A DNA stretch of 16,788 nt from Armatimonadota bacterium (lineage in GTDB: Bacteria; Armatimonadota; Armatimonadia; Armatimonadales; Armatimonadaceae), in NCBI GenBank assembly GCA_043754515.1, contig JAYUUO010000046.1, positions 1 through 16,788 of the forward strand. The letters run 5' to 3'. Below the pieces are notes generated by a model. That model searched no databases, was not told where the DNA came from, and was given only the letters and a program-made list of their open reading frames with translations. Below, piece by piece: positions 7,281-14,905 of this stretch. The position numbers were made by a program, and so were the translations under genes. The first letter of the stretch is position 1. Every line of letters starts with the position of its first letter.

Positions 7281-8723
7281 ATGGCACGAAAAAACTATGA
7301 TTACGACCTGGTGATCCTCGGCGGCGGGAGCGCGGGCATTGTCGCGGGGAATGTCGCGGGCGCGGTCGGGGCGCGGGTCGCGCTGGTCGAAAAGCGGCGC
7401 ATCGGCGGCGAATGTTTATGGACGGGTTGCGTACCATCCAAAGCGTTGCTTCACGCCGCCGATGTCGCGCATACGATGCGGCACGCGTCCGCGCACGGCT
7501 TCGCCGACGTCCCGCTGTCCCGCGAAGCGTGCGCGGGCGCGTTCGCGTATGCCCGGCGCAAGGTCGAGGAAACGCGCGTGAACGACGCGACCGAAACTAT
7601 GCTCCGCGATTTCGGCGTCGAGATATTCCACGGCGCGCCTCATTTCCGGGACGCGCACACGGTAGAAACGCCGGGCGGCGATCTGCGGACGGCGAACGTG
7701 CTGCTCGCCACGGGATCGTCCCCGCTCGTGCCACACATCCCTGGTCTCGCCGAATCCGGCTACCTGACGAACACCACGCTGTTCGACCTGACTACAATTC
7801 CCGAGTCGGTGGGCATCATCGGCGGCGGGTACATCGCGTGCGAGATGGGGCAGTCGCTCGCCCGCCTCGGCGCGAGCGTCACGATTTTCGAGCGCGGCGA
7901 CCGCCTCCTGAAGCGCGACGACGCGGAACTGGTCGCGGTGCTGACGGACGCTCTGAAGGCGGATGGCGTGACGGTTCGGACGGGGGCGACCATTCTCGGC
8001 GTCGAGTCGCTGTGTCCCGGTGCGCGGGTCCTGCTCGCGGACGGCACGTGCTATGAGTTCGCCACGCTTCTGGTCGCGACCGGGCGCAAGCCGAACACCG
8101 ACTCGCTGAACCTGCGCGACGTCGGCGTGGAGACGAACGAACACGGCGCGGTAGTCACAAACGCCTACGGACGTAGTACAACTGCGGAGACGATCTGGGC
8201 AAGCGGCGACGTGACCGGGGCGCATCTTTATTCGCACATGGCGGAACAGACCGCGAAAGCCGTCGCGCGGAACATTCTGCTCCCTGGCGCACAGAAACTG
8301 CCGCTCGATCTGGTGCCCTACGCGACATTCACATCCCCCGAACTCGCGCACGTCGGGCTGACCGAGGCGAAGGCGCGGGAGCGGCACGGGGACGCGGTGC
8401 AAGTATTGCGCCATTCATTCATGCAGGACGACCGCGCCATCGTGGAGGGCACGACGATCGGCCTTGTGAAAGTCGTCACGCTGGGGCCGCTCGGCAAGAT
8501 CCTCGGCGCGACTGTTTGCGGGCCGCGCGCGGGCGAGTTGATCCACGAATGGGTGATGGCACTCCACCACAAATTGCCCATCTCCGCCATCGCCGATCTC
8601 GTCCACGTCTACCCGACCCTGAACGTGTCGAACCAACGGGCGGCGCAGAAGTGGTACTCGGGGGTGCTCTCCGCGCCGCTCGTGACGGGCGCGTTGCGGG
8701 TGCTGGGGTATGCGGCGGGATAG
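7281..8723 (+). CDS. Class I pyridine nucleotide-disulfide oxidoreductase (LpdA/MerA-like)
   Basis: FAD fold LGGGSAG, redox-active GGECLWTGCVPSK, IIGGGYIACE, ATGRKPN, GD and C-terminal HVYPT. Confidence 0.9.
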   Translation: MARKNYDYDLVILGGGSAGIVAGNVAGAVGARVALVEKRRIGGECLWTGCVPSKALLHAADVAHTMRHASAHGFADVPLSREACAGAFAYARRKVEETRVNDATETMLRDFGVEIFHGAPHFRDAHTVETPGGDLRTANVLLATGSSPLVPHIPGLAESGYLTNTTLFDLTTIPESVGIIGGGYIACEMGQSLARLGASVTIFERGDRLLKRDDAELVAVLTDALKADGVTVRTGATILGVESLCPGARVLLADGTCYEFATLLVATGRKPNTDSLNLRDVGVETNEHGAVVTNAYGRSTTAETIWASGDVTGAHLYSHMAEQTAKAVARNILLPGAQKLPLDLVPYATFTSPELAHVGLTEAKARERHGDAVQVLRHSFMQDDRAIVEGTTIGLVKVVTLGPLGKILGATVCGPRAGELIHEWVMALHHKLPISAIADLVHVYPTLNVSNQRAAQKWYSGVLSAPLVTGALRVLGYAAG

Positions 8724-8734
8724 CGTTTCCCAAC

Positions 8735-9562
8735 CTACAATCCCTGCCGCTTGATCTCGGCGGCGATGCGTGGGAACCGGGGCGGGGTCGGGGCGGCTTT
8801 GCGGTAAATCAGGACGCGCCGTTCGGCGGGCGGCTCGTCCGAGCCGGGCACCGGTGGTAGCGTCAGGACGCGATCCTGGGCGAGCCGGACGTTCAGTAGG
8901 CGTGCCGCGTCCGCCGCGCCCGCGAGTTCGGCATCCACGTTGCCGCCTTTCATCGCGAGAAAATGCCCCCCCGGCCTCGCGAGCGGGGCGCACCATTCCA
9001 GTAGCGTGGGCAGGGCGGCGACCGCGCGCGCCGTCACGACGTCGAAGCCGTCGCGCAATGCCGGGTCGCGCCCCGCCTCCTCCGCGCGGGCGTGGACGAA
9101 AAGCACGCCCTCCAGTCCGAGCGTCGCGCACACTGCTTCGAGGAATGTCAGCCGCTTGCGCAGGGAGTCGAGGAGCGTGAGACGCAGGTCGGGACGCACG
9201 ATCTTGAGCACCAGGCCGGGAAACCCCGCGCCCGTGCCGACGTCGCAGACGGCAGGGCGTTCGCGATCCCACACCTTGCCCACCGCGCCGAAACAGGTCA
9301 GCGAGTCCGCGAAATGCTTGATCGCGATTTCGCCCGGCTCCGTGATGCGCGTCAGGTTCGTGTGCGCGTTCGTTCCGAGCAGTAGGCGCGTGTAGATCAG
9401 GCAATCGGCGGTTTGCCGCGCCGTGAGTGTCACCCCGACGTATTCGGAGGCGATCTGGAGTGTGCGCGTGAACGCCGCCTCGTCGAATGCCGTGTCCCGA
9501 TCGTTAGGTACCGCGTCCTGGAGTACCGTGTCCCGTGCTGTCGTTTCGTCGTCCCTTGTCAC
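8735..9562 (-). CDS. rsmG: 16S rRNA (guanine(527)-N7)-methyltransferase RsmG/GidB
   Basis: NLTRIT, KHFADSL, DVGTGAGFPG, LLDSLRKRLTFL, RAEE, VTARAVA and AMKG motifs. Confidence 0.96.
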   Translation of the reverse strand: MTRDDETTARDTVLQDAVPNDRDTAFDEAAFTRTLQIASEYVGVTLTARQTADCLIYTRLLLGTNAHTNLTRITEPGEIAIKHFADSLTCFGAVGKVWDRERPAVCDVGTGAGFPGLVLKIVRPDLRLTLLDSLRKRLTFLEAVCATLGLEGVLFVHARAEEAGRDPALRDGFDVVTARAVAALPTLLEWCAPLARPGGHFLAMKGGNVDAELAGAADAARLLNVRLAQDRVLTLPPVPGSDEPPAERRVLIYRKAAPTPPRFPRIAAEIKRQGL

Positions 9563-9568
9563 GGGGGC

Positions 9569-9577
9569 ATTGTATCA
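9569..9577 (-). promoter_or_regulatory. Extended -10 (TGaTACAAT), probable leaderless promoter of rsmG
   Basis: Minus strand TGATACAATgcccccGTG. Confidence 0.6.
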
Positions 9578-9634
9578 GTTGGCTTTCGTGCGCCCCCCCG
9601 CCGCGCATGAAAGGCGGTATCACGCCGCATTGTG

Positions 9635-9643
9635 TGCTATCAT
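9635..9643 (+). promoter_or_regulatory. Extended -10 (TGcTATCAT) of gltX, divergent from the rsmG promoter
   Basis: TGCTATCATcaaagaactATG, 9 nt before ATG 9653. Confidence 0.5.
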
Positions 9644-9652
9644 CAAAGAACT

Positions 9653-11269
9653 ATGTCCGAGTTCCGTGATACCGCGTTCGCAAACGCCGCCTCTTCCGCA
9701 GCCACCCGCCGCGTCCGCACCCGCTACGCGCCTTCGCCGACCGGCTCGCCGCATGTCGGCAACCTTCGCACCGCGCTTTTCTCCTACCTGCTCGCCCGCC
9801 GGTTCGGCGGCGACTTCCTGCTCCGCATCGAGGACACGGATCAGACGCGCCTCGTGCCCGGTGCCCTGCGCGACATTATCGCCTCGCTCCGCGCCATGGG
9901 CATGATGTACGACGAGGGTCCCGACGCCATCAGCATCGCCGCGCTCGACAAGGAGAAGTACGGCGAGGTGCCCACCGCCGATCTGCCCTCGTTCGCCGGT
10001 AGCCACGGGCCGTACTTCCAGAGCCAGCGGTTGCACCGGTACCGCGAGGTCGTGGAGACGCTGCTCGCGGACGGCAAGGCGTACTACGCGTTCGAGACCA
10101 GGGAAGAACTCGACGCCCAGCGCGCCGCTAGCGAAGCGCGCAAGATCCCGTTCCTGTACGACCGGCACTACCGCGAGACCGACCCGGCGGAAGCGAAGGC
10201 GCGGGTCAATGCCGGGGAGGAGTGCGTCGTGCGCTTCAAGATGCCGCTGACCGGCGCGATCCCAGCCACGGACGCTCTTCGCGGCGAACTGACCTGGGAC
10301 GCCTCCTCGCAGGACGATTTCATCATCCTGAAGGCGGACGGATTCCCGCCCTATCACCTCGCCGCCATCGTGGACGATCACGACATGGACATTTCGCACG
10401 TTCTGCGCGGCGAGGAGTGGATCCCGTCGTTCCCCAAACACATCGCCCTGATCCGCGCCCTCGGCTGGGAGCCGCCTATTTTCGTCCACACGCCCAGCGT
10501 GCTCGCGCCGGATCGCAAGAAACTGTCGAAGCGCAACGGGGCGCGGCCCGTGACCGGCATGATCTTCGACAAGCAGACGGGGGAGCCGATCTACGGCTAT
10601 GTGGATCACGAAGGCGTGCTACCCGAAGCCCTGTTTAACTTCCTCGCGCTCGTCGGCTGGTCACCGGGAGATGACACTGAGATCATGCCGCGTGATGAGA
10701 TTGCCCGCAAGTTCGATGTCGGCGGGATCTCGTCGTCGCCCGGCATCTTCGACATCGAGAAGTTATACTGGATGAACGGCGTGTATGTGCGCGAACTGCC
10801 CCCAGCGGTGCTGGCCGAACGCTCGTTGCCGTACCTCAAGCGGGCGAATCTGGTGCCCGCCGAACCCGATGCCGCGACGCTCGCGTACGTCTCGCAGGTG
10901 CTGGCACTGGAGCAGGAGCGGATCAAGGTGCTGTCTGAAACGCCGGATCTGACCGACTATTTCTTCCTGCCGCTCCCGAACTACAACGAGAAGTCGGCCG
11001 AAAAGTGGCTCCGCAAGCCCGGCGTGAAAGAGTACCTGTCCGACCTCGCCGCGCTCCTCGCGGACACATCTGACTGGGAGCACGACAAGATCGAGGCGGC
11101 GACGCGGCAGGTCGGGGCGAGGCACGGGCGCGAGCGCGGGGACATCACGCACCCGGTCCGCGTCGCGGTCTCGGGCCGGGAGAACGGGCCGGGCTTGTTC
11201 GAGATGATGGCGGTACTGGGGCGGGAGCGGGTGCTTGATCGCCTGTCGCATGTCGTGGGCGGCGCGTGA
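9653..11269 (+). CDS. gltX: Glutamate--tRNA ligase
   Basis: VRTRYAPSPTG, HIGH-like HVGN, LRIEDTDQ, DDHDMDISHVLRGEEW, KMSKS-like KLSKR, and C-terminal anticodon-binding domain (PVRVAVSG...GPGLFE). Confidence 0.97.
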   Translation: MSEFRDTAFANAASSAATRRVRTRYAPSPTGSPHVGNLRTALFSYLLARRFGGDFLLRIEDTDQTRLVPGALRDIIASLRAMGMMYDEGPDAISIAALDKEKYGEVPTADLPSFAGSHGPYFQSQRLHRYREVVETLLADGKAYYAFETREELDAQRAASEARKIPFLYDRHYRETDPAEAKARVNAGEECVVRFKMPLTGAIPATDALRGELTWDASSQDDFIILKADGFPPYHLAAIVDDHDMDISHVLRGEEWIPSFPKHIALIRALGWEPPIFVHTPSVLAPDRKKLSKRNGARPVTGMIFDKQTGEPIYGYVDHEGVLPEALFNFLALVGWSPGDDTEIMPRDEIARKFDVGGISSSPGIFDIEKLYWMNGVYVRELPPAVLAERSLPYLKRANLVPAEPDAATLAYVSQVLALEQERIKVLSETPDLTDYFFLPLPNYNEKSAEKWLRKPGVKEYLSDLAALLADTSDWEHDKIEAATRQVGARHGRERGDITHPVRVAVSGRENGPGLFEMMAVLGRERVLDRLSHVVGGA

Positions 11270-11297
11270 GACCGCGCCGGAAGGAGCGAGAAGCATA

Positions 11298-12050
11298 GTG
11301 GCTGAGGAAATGCCGTTCGACTTAATGGTGCGATTCGGGCCGGTGCCGCCGCGCGGCGCGGGGCACGCCGACATCGAGAGCGTACGCGAAACGCTGGCGG
11401 CGCAGCGCATCTTCGGTGCCGCGCTCGCGAGTAACCGCGCGATCCAGTACGACCCGATTTCGGGCAACACGCAAACGGCGGACGCGGCGCGGCAAGCTCC
11501 CGGTATGCCGGTCATCGTGCCCGGCGCGGTGCTAGACCCGCGCATCTTCGTCGGTGCGCCGCCCAAGTCGCCGGAGGGGACGCGTCTGTATTACATCCTA
11601 CCCGCGACGCAGGGGTATCACCTCCCGTACGCGCCGCTCCGCGCCCTGCTGAAGTCCATGCCGCACAATCTGCCGCTCTACTTCGAGGCGCGGCGCGAGG
11701 GCGACGCGACGCAGATCGGGATGATTCTGCAAGAGGTCGGCTACGCGGGGGCACCGGTCCTGCTCGGCGGGTGTACCGGCTCCGCGCTGAACGAGGCGAT
11801 TTCGGTGGCGAAGGCGAACGACTTTGTCGGACTCACGACGCAGGGTATGCGCGGGATCGGCGAGATCCAGCACGCGGTGAAGGTGCTCGGCGCGAACCGG
11901 GTTCTGTTCGCGTCCGGGTCGCCCGCCGAATCGCTCGCCGCCGCCGTCGCGCTCCTGAAACTCGCCGGTCTGAACCCGGAGGAACGCGCGGCGGTGTTCG
12001 GCGCGAACGCCCGCCGTCTACTCGGTATCGCGACCACCGCCGCCGCTTAG
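11298..12050 (+). CDS. Amidohydrolase_2-like TIM-barrel protein, metal ligands degenerate
   Basis: C-terminus LGANRVLFASGSP...ERAAVFGANARRLLG typical of the family; AAGGAG RBS at 11281-11286 before GTG 11298 (ATG 11310 is an alternative). Confidence 0.7.
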   Translation: MAEEMPFDLMVRFGPVPPRGAGHADIESVRETLAAQRIFGAALASNRAIQYDPISGNTQTADAARQAPGMPVIVPGAVLDPRIFVGAPPKSPEGTRLYYILPATQGYHLPYAPLRALLKSMPHNLPLYFEARREGDATQIGMILQEVGYAGAPVLLGGCTGSALNEAISVAKANDFVGLTTQGMRGIGEIQHAVKVLGANRVLFASGSPAESLAAAVALLKLAGLNPEERAAVFGANARRLLGIATTAAA

Positions 12051-12074
12051 CCTACGAAGAAAGGTTTGAACCCT

Positions 12075-12872
12075 ATGAGTAACTCTTCGTTTATTGACGT
12101 CCACTGTGGCTTCGGCGGCACCGTCGCCGCCCGCTTCTGGGACAGCCCCGACGCGATCCGCGAGGCGATGAAACAGCGCGGCATCGGGATGGCGTTTGCC
12201 TCGTCGCTCTCCGCCCGCACATTCGACCCGATAGCGGGGAACGATGAACTGGCGGTCATGGTCGGCACCGGGCACGAAACGGTTGACCTGCGGGGCTGGC
12301 TCGTGGTACACCCCGCGCGCGCCGAAGACGGACACACGCAGATGCGCAAGTACCTGCTCTCCCCCCGCTTCGTCGGGGTCGCGCTGTACCCCGACCCGCT
12401 TACCGGGTTGCCGATTCTGGCGCGGAACGCCGCCGAGGTCGTCACCGCGTTCCGCCGCTACTCGAAGCCGGTGCTGGTACACGCGCCTTCGGCGGCGGCG
12501 ATGTACGAGGTGGTGCGGATCGCGCAGGATTTCAGCGGCGTGAAGATCATCGCGTCGGGCATGGGCGGCGAGGAGTGGCGCGAGGCGATCGAGATGGCGA
12601 CGAAACCGCTGAACCTGTTCCTCGACATTTCCGGCTCGCTCTGCGCGGACAAGATAGATTACGCGTTCTCGGAGTATGGCGGCGTTCGCAAATTGCTCTT
12701 CGCGTCCGGTGCCCCGAAGACCGACCCGGCGGCGGTGATCGCGATGCTTTTCGAGTCGGGATTGTCCGAGGATGACCGCGCGAAGGTGCTGTTCGGCAAC
12801 GCGCTACGCCTGTTCGGGTTCGTCAGCCACGAGGACGAGGAAGCCCCGGACCTCGCGCCGATGGGCGGGTAG
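12075..12872 (+). CDS. Amidohydrolase_2-like TIM-barrel protein, partly degenerate
   Basis: FIDVHC, GNDEL, FVGVALYP, PVLVH, NLFLDISG, LLFASGAP and VLFGNALRLFG motifs; AAGG RBS. Confidence 0.8.
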   Translation: MSNSSFIDVHCGFGGTVAARFWDSPDAIREAMKQRGIGMAFASSLSARTFDPIAGNDELAVMVGTGHETVDLRGWLVVHPARAEDGHTQMRKYLLSPRFVGVALYPDPLTGLPILARNAAEVVTAFRRYSKPVLVHAPSAAAMYEVVRIAQDFSGVKIIASGMGGEEWREAIEMATKPLNLFLDISGSLCADKIDYAFSEYGGVRKLLFASGAPKTDPAAVIAMLFESGLSEDDRAKVLFGNALRLFGFVSHEDEEAPDLAPMGG

Positions 12873-12934
12873 ACAAAATGGGCAGGTAGAGAACGCGCGA
12901 CTGGGAAACCGTGCGCGAAGAGAGCAACCTAAGT

Positions 12935-13774
12935 ATGAACCATAATTCGATCCGCCTCGCGCTCTCCACGTACTCGTACTGGCATTTTCGGGAGCCGAAA
13001 GTGTCGGTCGAAACCGTGATTCGGCGTGCCGGTGAACTGGGCGTGTCGGGCGTTGACATCCTGCACCGGCAACTCGACAGCGAGGAGAACGGCTACCTGC
13101 AAGGCTTGAAACGCGCCGCGTTCCGGGCCGGCGTGGATCTCGTCTGCCTGTCCATCCACCAGAACTTCGTATCGCCGGATAAAAGCGTCCGAGCCGAACA
13201 GGTCGCGCACACGATCCGCTGCATCGAGACGGCGTACCGGCTCGGCATCCCCTGCATACGGCTTAACTCCGGGCGGTGGGGCACCGTCGCGTCGTTCGAC
13301 GACCTGATGGACCGGCGCGGCGAGGAGCCGCCGATTCCCGGCTATACCGAGGACGACGCCTACGACTGGTGCGCGGACGCCATCGCCGAATGCCTCCCGA
13401 AGGCGGAAGAGCGCGGCGTCATGCTGGCACTGGAAAACCACTGGGGCCTGACGCGGTTGCCGGAGGGCGTGTTGCGACTGCTGGACAGGGTGCCGTCGCC
13501 CTGGCTCGGCGCGCTCATGGACACCGGCAACTTCCGCGAGGATCTTTACGAGCGGCTGGAAAAAATGGCACAGCGCACGGTGTTCGTGCAGGCGAAGACG
13601 TACCCCGGCGGCGGCGAGTGGTACACGCTGGACGTGGACCATGCCCGCGTCGCGGCAATCCTGCGCGACGTCGGGTACACCGGCTACGTGTCGCTGGAGA
13701 TGGAGGGGAAGCAGGACCCGGAGACGGCGGTGCCGGAAAGCCTGGCGGTGCTACGGGAAGCGTTCGGCTTGTAG
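12935..13774 (+). CDS. Sugar phosphate isomerase/epimerase (AP_endonuc_2 TIM barrel)
   Basis: STYSYW, IRLNSGRW, LALENHWG, DTGNF, QAKTY and GYVSLEMEG metal-binding motifs. Confidence 0.88.
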   Translation: MNHNSIRLALSTYSYWHFREPKVSVETVIRRAGELGVSGVDILHRQLDSEENGYLQGLKRAAFRAGVDLVCLSIHQNFVSPDKSVRAEQVAHTIRCIETAYRLGIPCIRLNSGRWGTVASFDDLMDRRGEEPPIPGYTEDDAYDWCADAIAECLPKAEERGVMLALENHWGLTRLPEGVLRLLDRVPSPWLGALMDTGNFREDLYERLEKMAQRTVFVQAKTYPGGGEWYTLDVDHARVAAILRDVGYTGYVSLEMEGKQDPETAVPESLAVLREAFGL

Positions 13775-13842
13775 CGCGGCGCGGCGCGATTACTCCTGGT
13801 CGGGAATTATTGGTCGCGACCGAAGCCTATGGAATAGATAAA

Positions 13843-14372
13843 ATGCCTCGAACCTTCTTCAAAGACTTAACGCTGTTGGTTTCACTGAACCTGATGCTAG
13901 GCTCCGTGCTGTGTTTTCTGTGTATTGCTCACCCCGTCGATGGGCGACAGTTGGTTTGACGGGGGCTGATATGAACACCATTCCCACCGGACGAGTCATA
14001 AATCTTACCTCTCAACTATGACTACGATGCGGTTCGATGGCAGGTCTATCCTCATTGAGAGTGTCAACAATCGATAGACTAGACGATCCGAAGGATGACC
14101 AGGGTGATGTTCGCAAGACAAAATTGGTAAGGATCCCTGCTTCTTGCATTACTTCCAGATATATGGTTGCCAGGACTGACGGAGGCCTCATATACGATAT
14201 GTACTTGTCCCCTGACGCTCTACAGGTTACATTGCATAACCGAGAGTCAGACAGTAACGAAATCTTCTCCCGCTCGGGTGGCATCCACGAGTAGCTTGCC
14301 CACCATGTGTCCTTTTTACCGCCTGGTCTGCTGTTTTTGTGTAATGTAGGTGTATGGAACAGGACAAAATAA
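13843..14372 (+). pseudogene. AT-rich broken ORF, possibly a former membrane or secreted protein
   Basis: Hydrophobic 38-aa N-terminus from ATG 13843, then a second frame (13971-14372) interrupted only by TGA 14019 and TAG 14292; AT-rich compared with flanks. Confidence 0.35.
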
Positions 14373-14800
14373 CATCCTGCTTTCAGCGGCGGGGCGAAGA
14401 TATCCCGCGGGATGTCTAACCCATCCCTGGAGTGACTCCCCGCCGACCGACCGTGTCCCTCCCTCCGCTTCCCCACTTGTGCCGCCCCCCGCGAACCCGC
14501 TCCGCCGACCACGACCGACTACGAGAAGGCGACCGCCTCTATGAGGAGTAGCCGTGACAACCGCTCGGGGCACGACGGGTGGGTCGGCCCTAGGTCGGAG
14601 CCGCGGCTTTCCGACCCGCTGGACAGGTTTCCTATCCTCCGACGTAAACCGTAGTCCGAGAGTGGCGCGGGCGCATCACTCACCGCGATCAGGGGCTCGC
14701 CCCGGTCCCGCTCGTTCTTAAACCGCATCCCCGCCACATACGCCGATTGCCCCGGACGGATACACTCCCCGGACGGATACACTCCCCGGGCGGCTACCGC
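14353..14800 (-). mobile_element. Decayed IS4-family (ISAba1/IS10-group-like) transposase, C-terminal half with terminal-repeat remnant
   Basis: Minus-strand frame YVAGMR...EPLIAVSD...DYGLRRRIGNLSSGSESRGSDLGPTHPSCPERLSRLL...AFS*SVVVG...HGRSAGSHSRDGLDIPR aligns with recalled consensus YxxRWxIExLFxxLKSRGFxLExTHLxxPERLSKLL...AFxW...HGRxxxSxFRxGLDxLR; TTTTGTCCTGT (14369-14359) resembles the LSCT-coding terminal repeat. Confidence 0.8.
14750..14789 (+). repeat. 17-bp tandem duplication (about 2.3 copies)
   Basis: CCCCGGACGGATACACT at 14750-14766 and 14767-14783, then CCCCGG. Confidence 0.9.
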
Positions 14801-14905
14801 TCGTTATCGAATGCGCCCCCTGCGGAATCCGGCCCGCCACGCCGGTCGGCGACAGCGCAAGTCGTGCTCCGGGCTTGGGTCGAGTTCTAAAATCAGAGTC
14901 ATAGT

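Noticed and set aside
7281..8723. merA or lpdA gene symbol
   Set aside because: Lacks the MerA C-terminal Cys pair and the LpdA HPTxxE motif; no supporting context
14019..14294. Programmed stop-codon readthrough or recoding
   Set aside because: Mixed TGA and TAG stops plus a frameshift, with no recoding signal; ordinary decay is simpler
14387..14620. Hairpins at 14398-14417 and 14593-14616 as a structured RNA
   Set aside because: They fall inside the transposase fossil and are likely chance products of high GC
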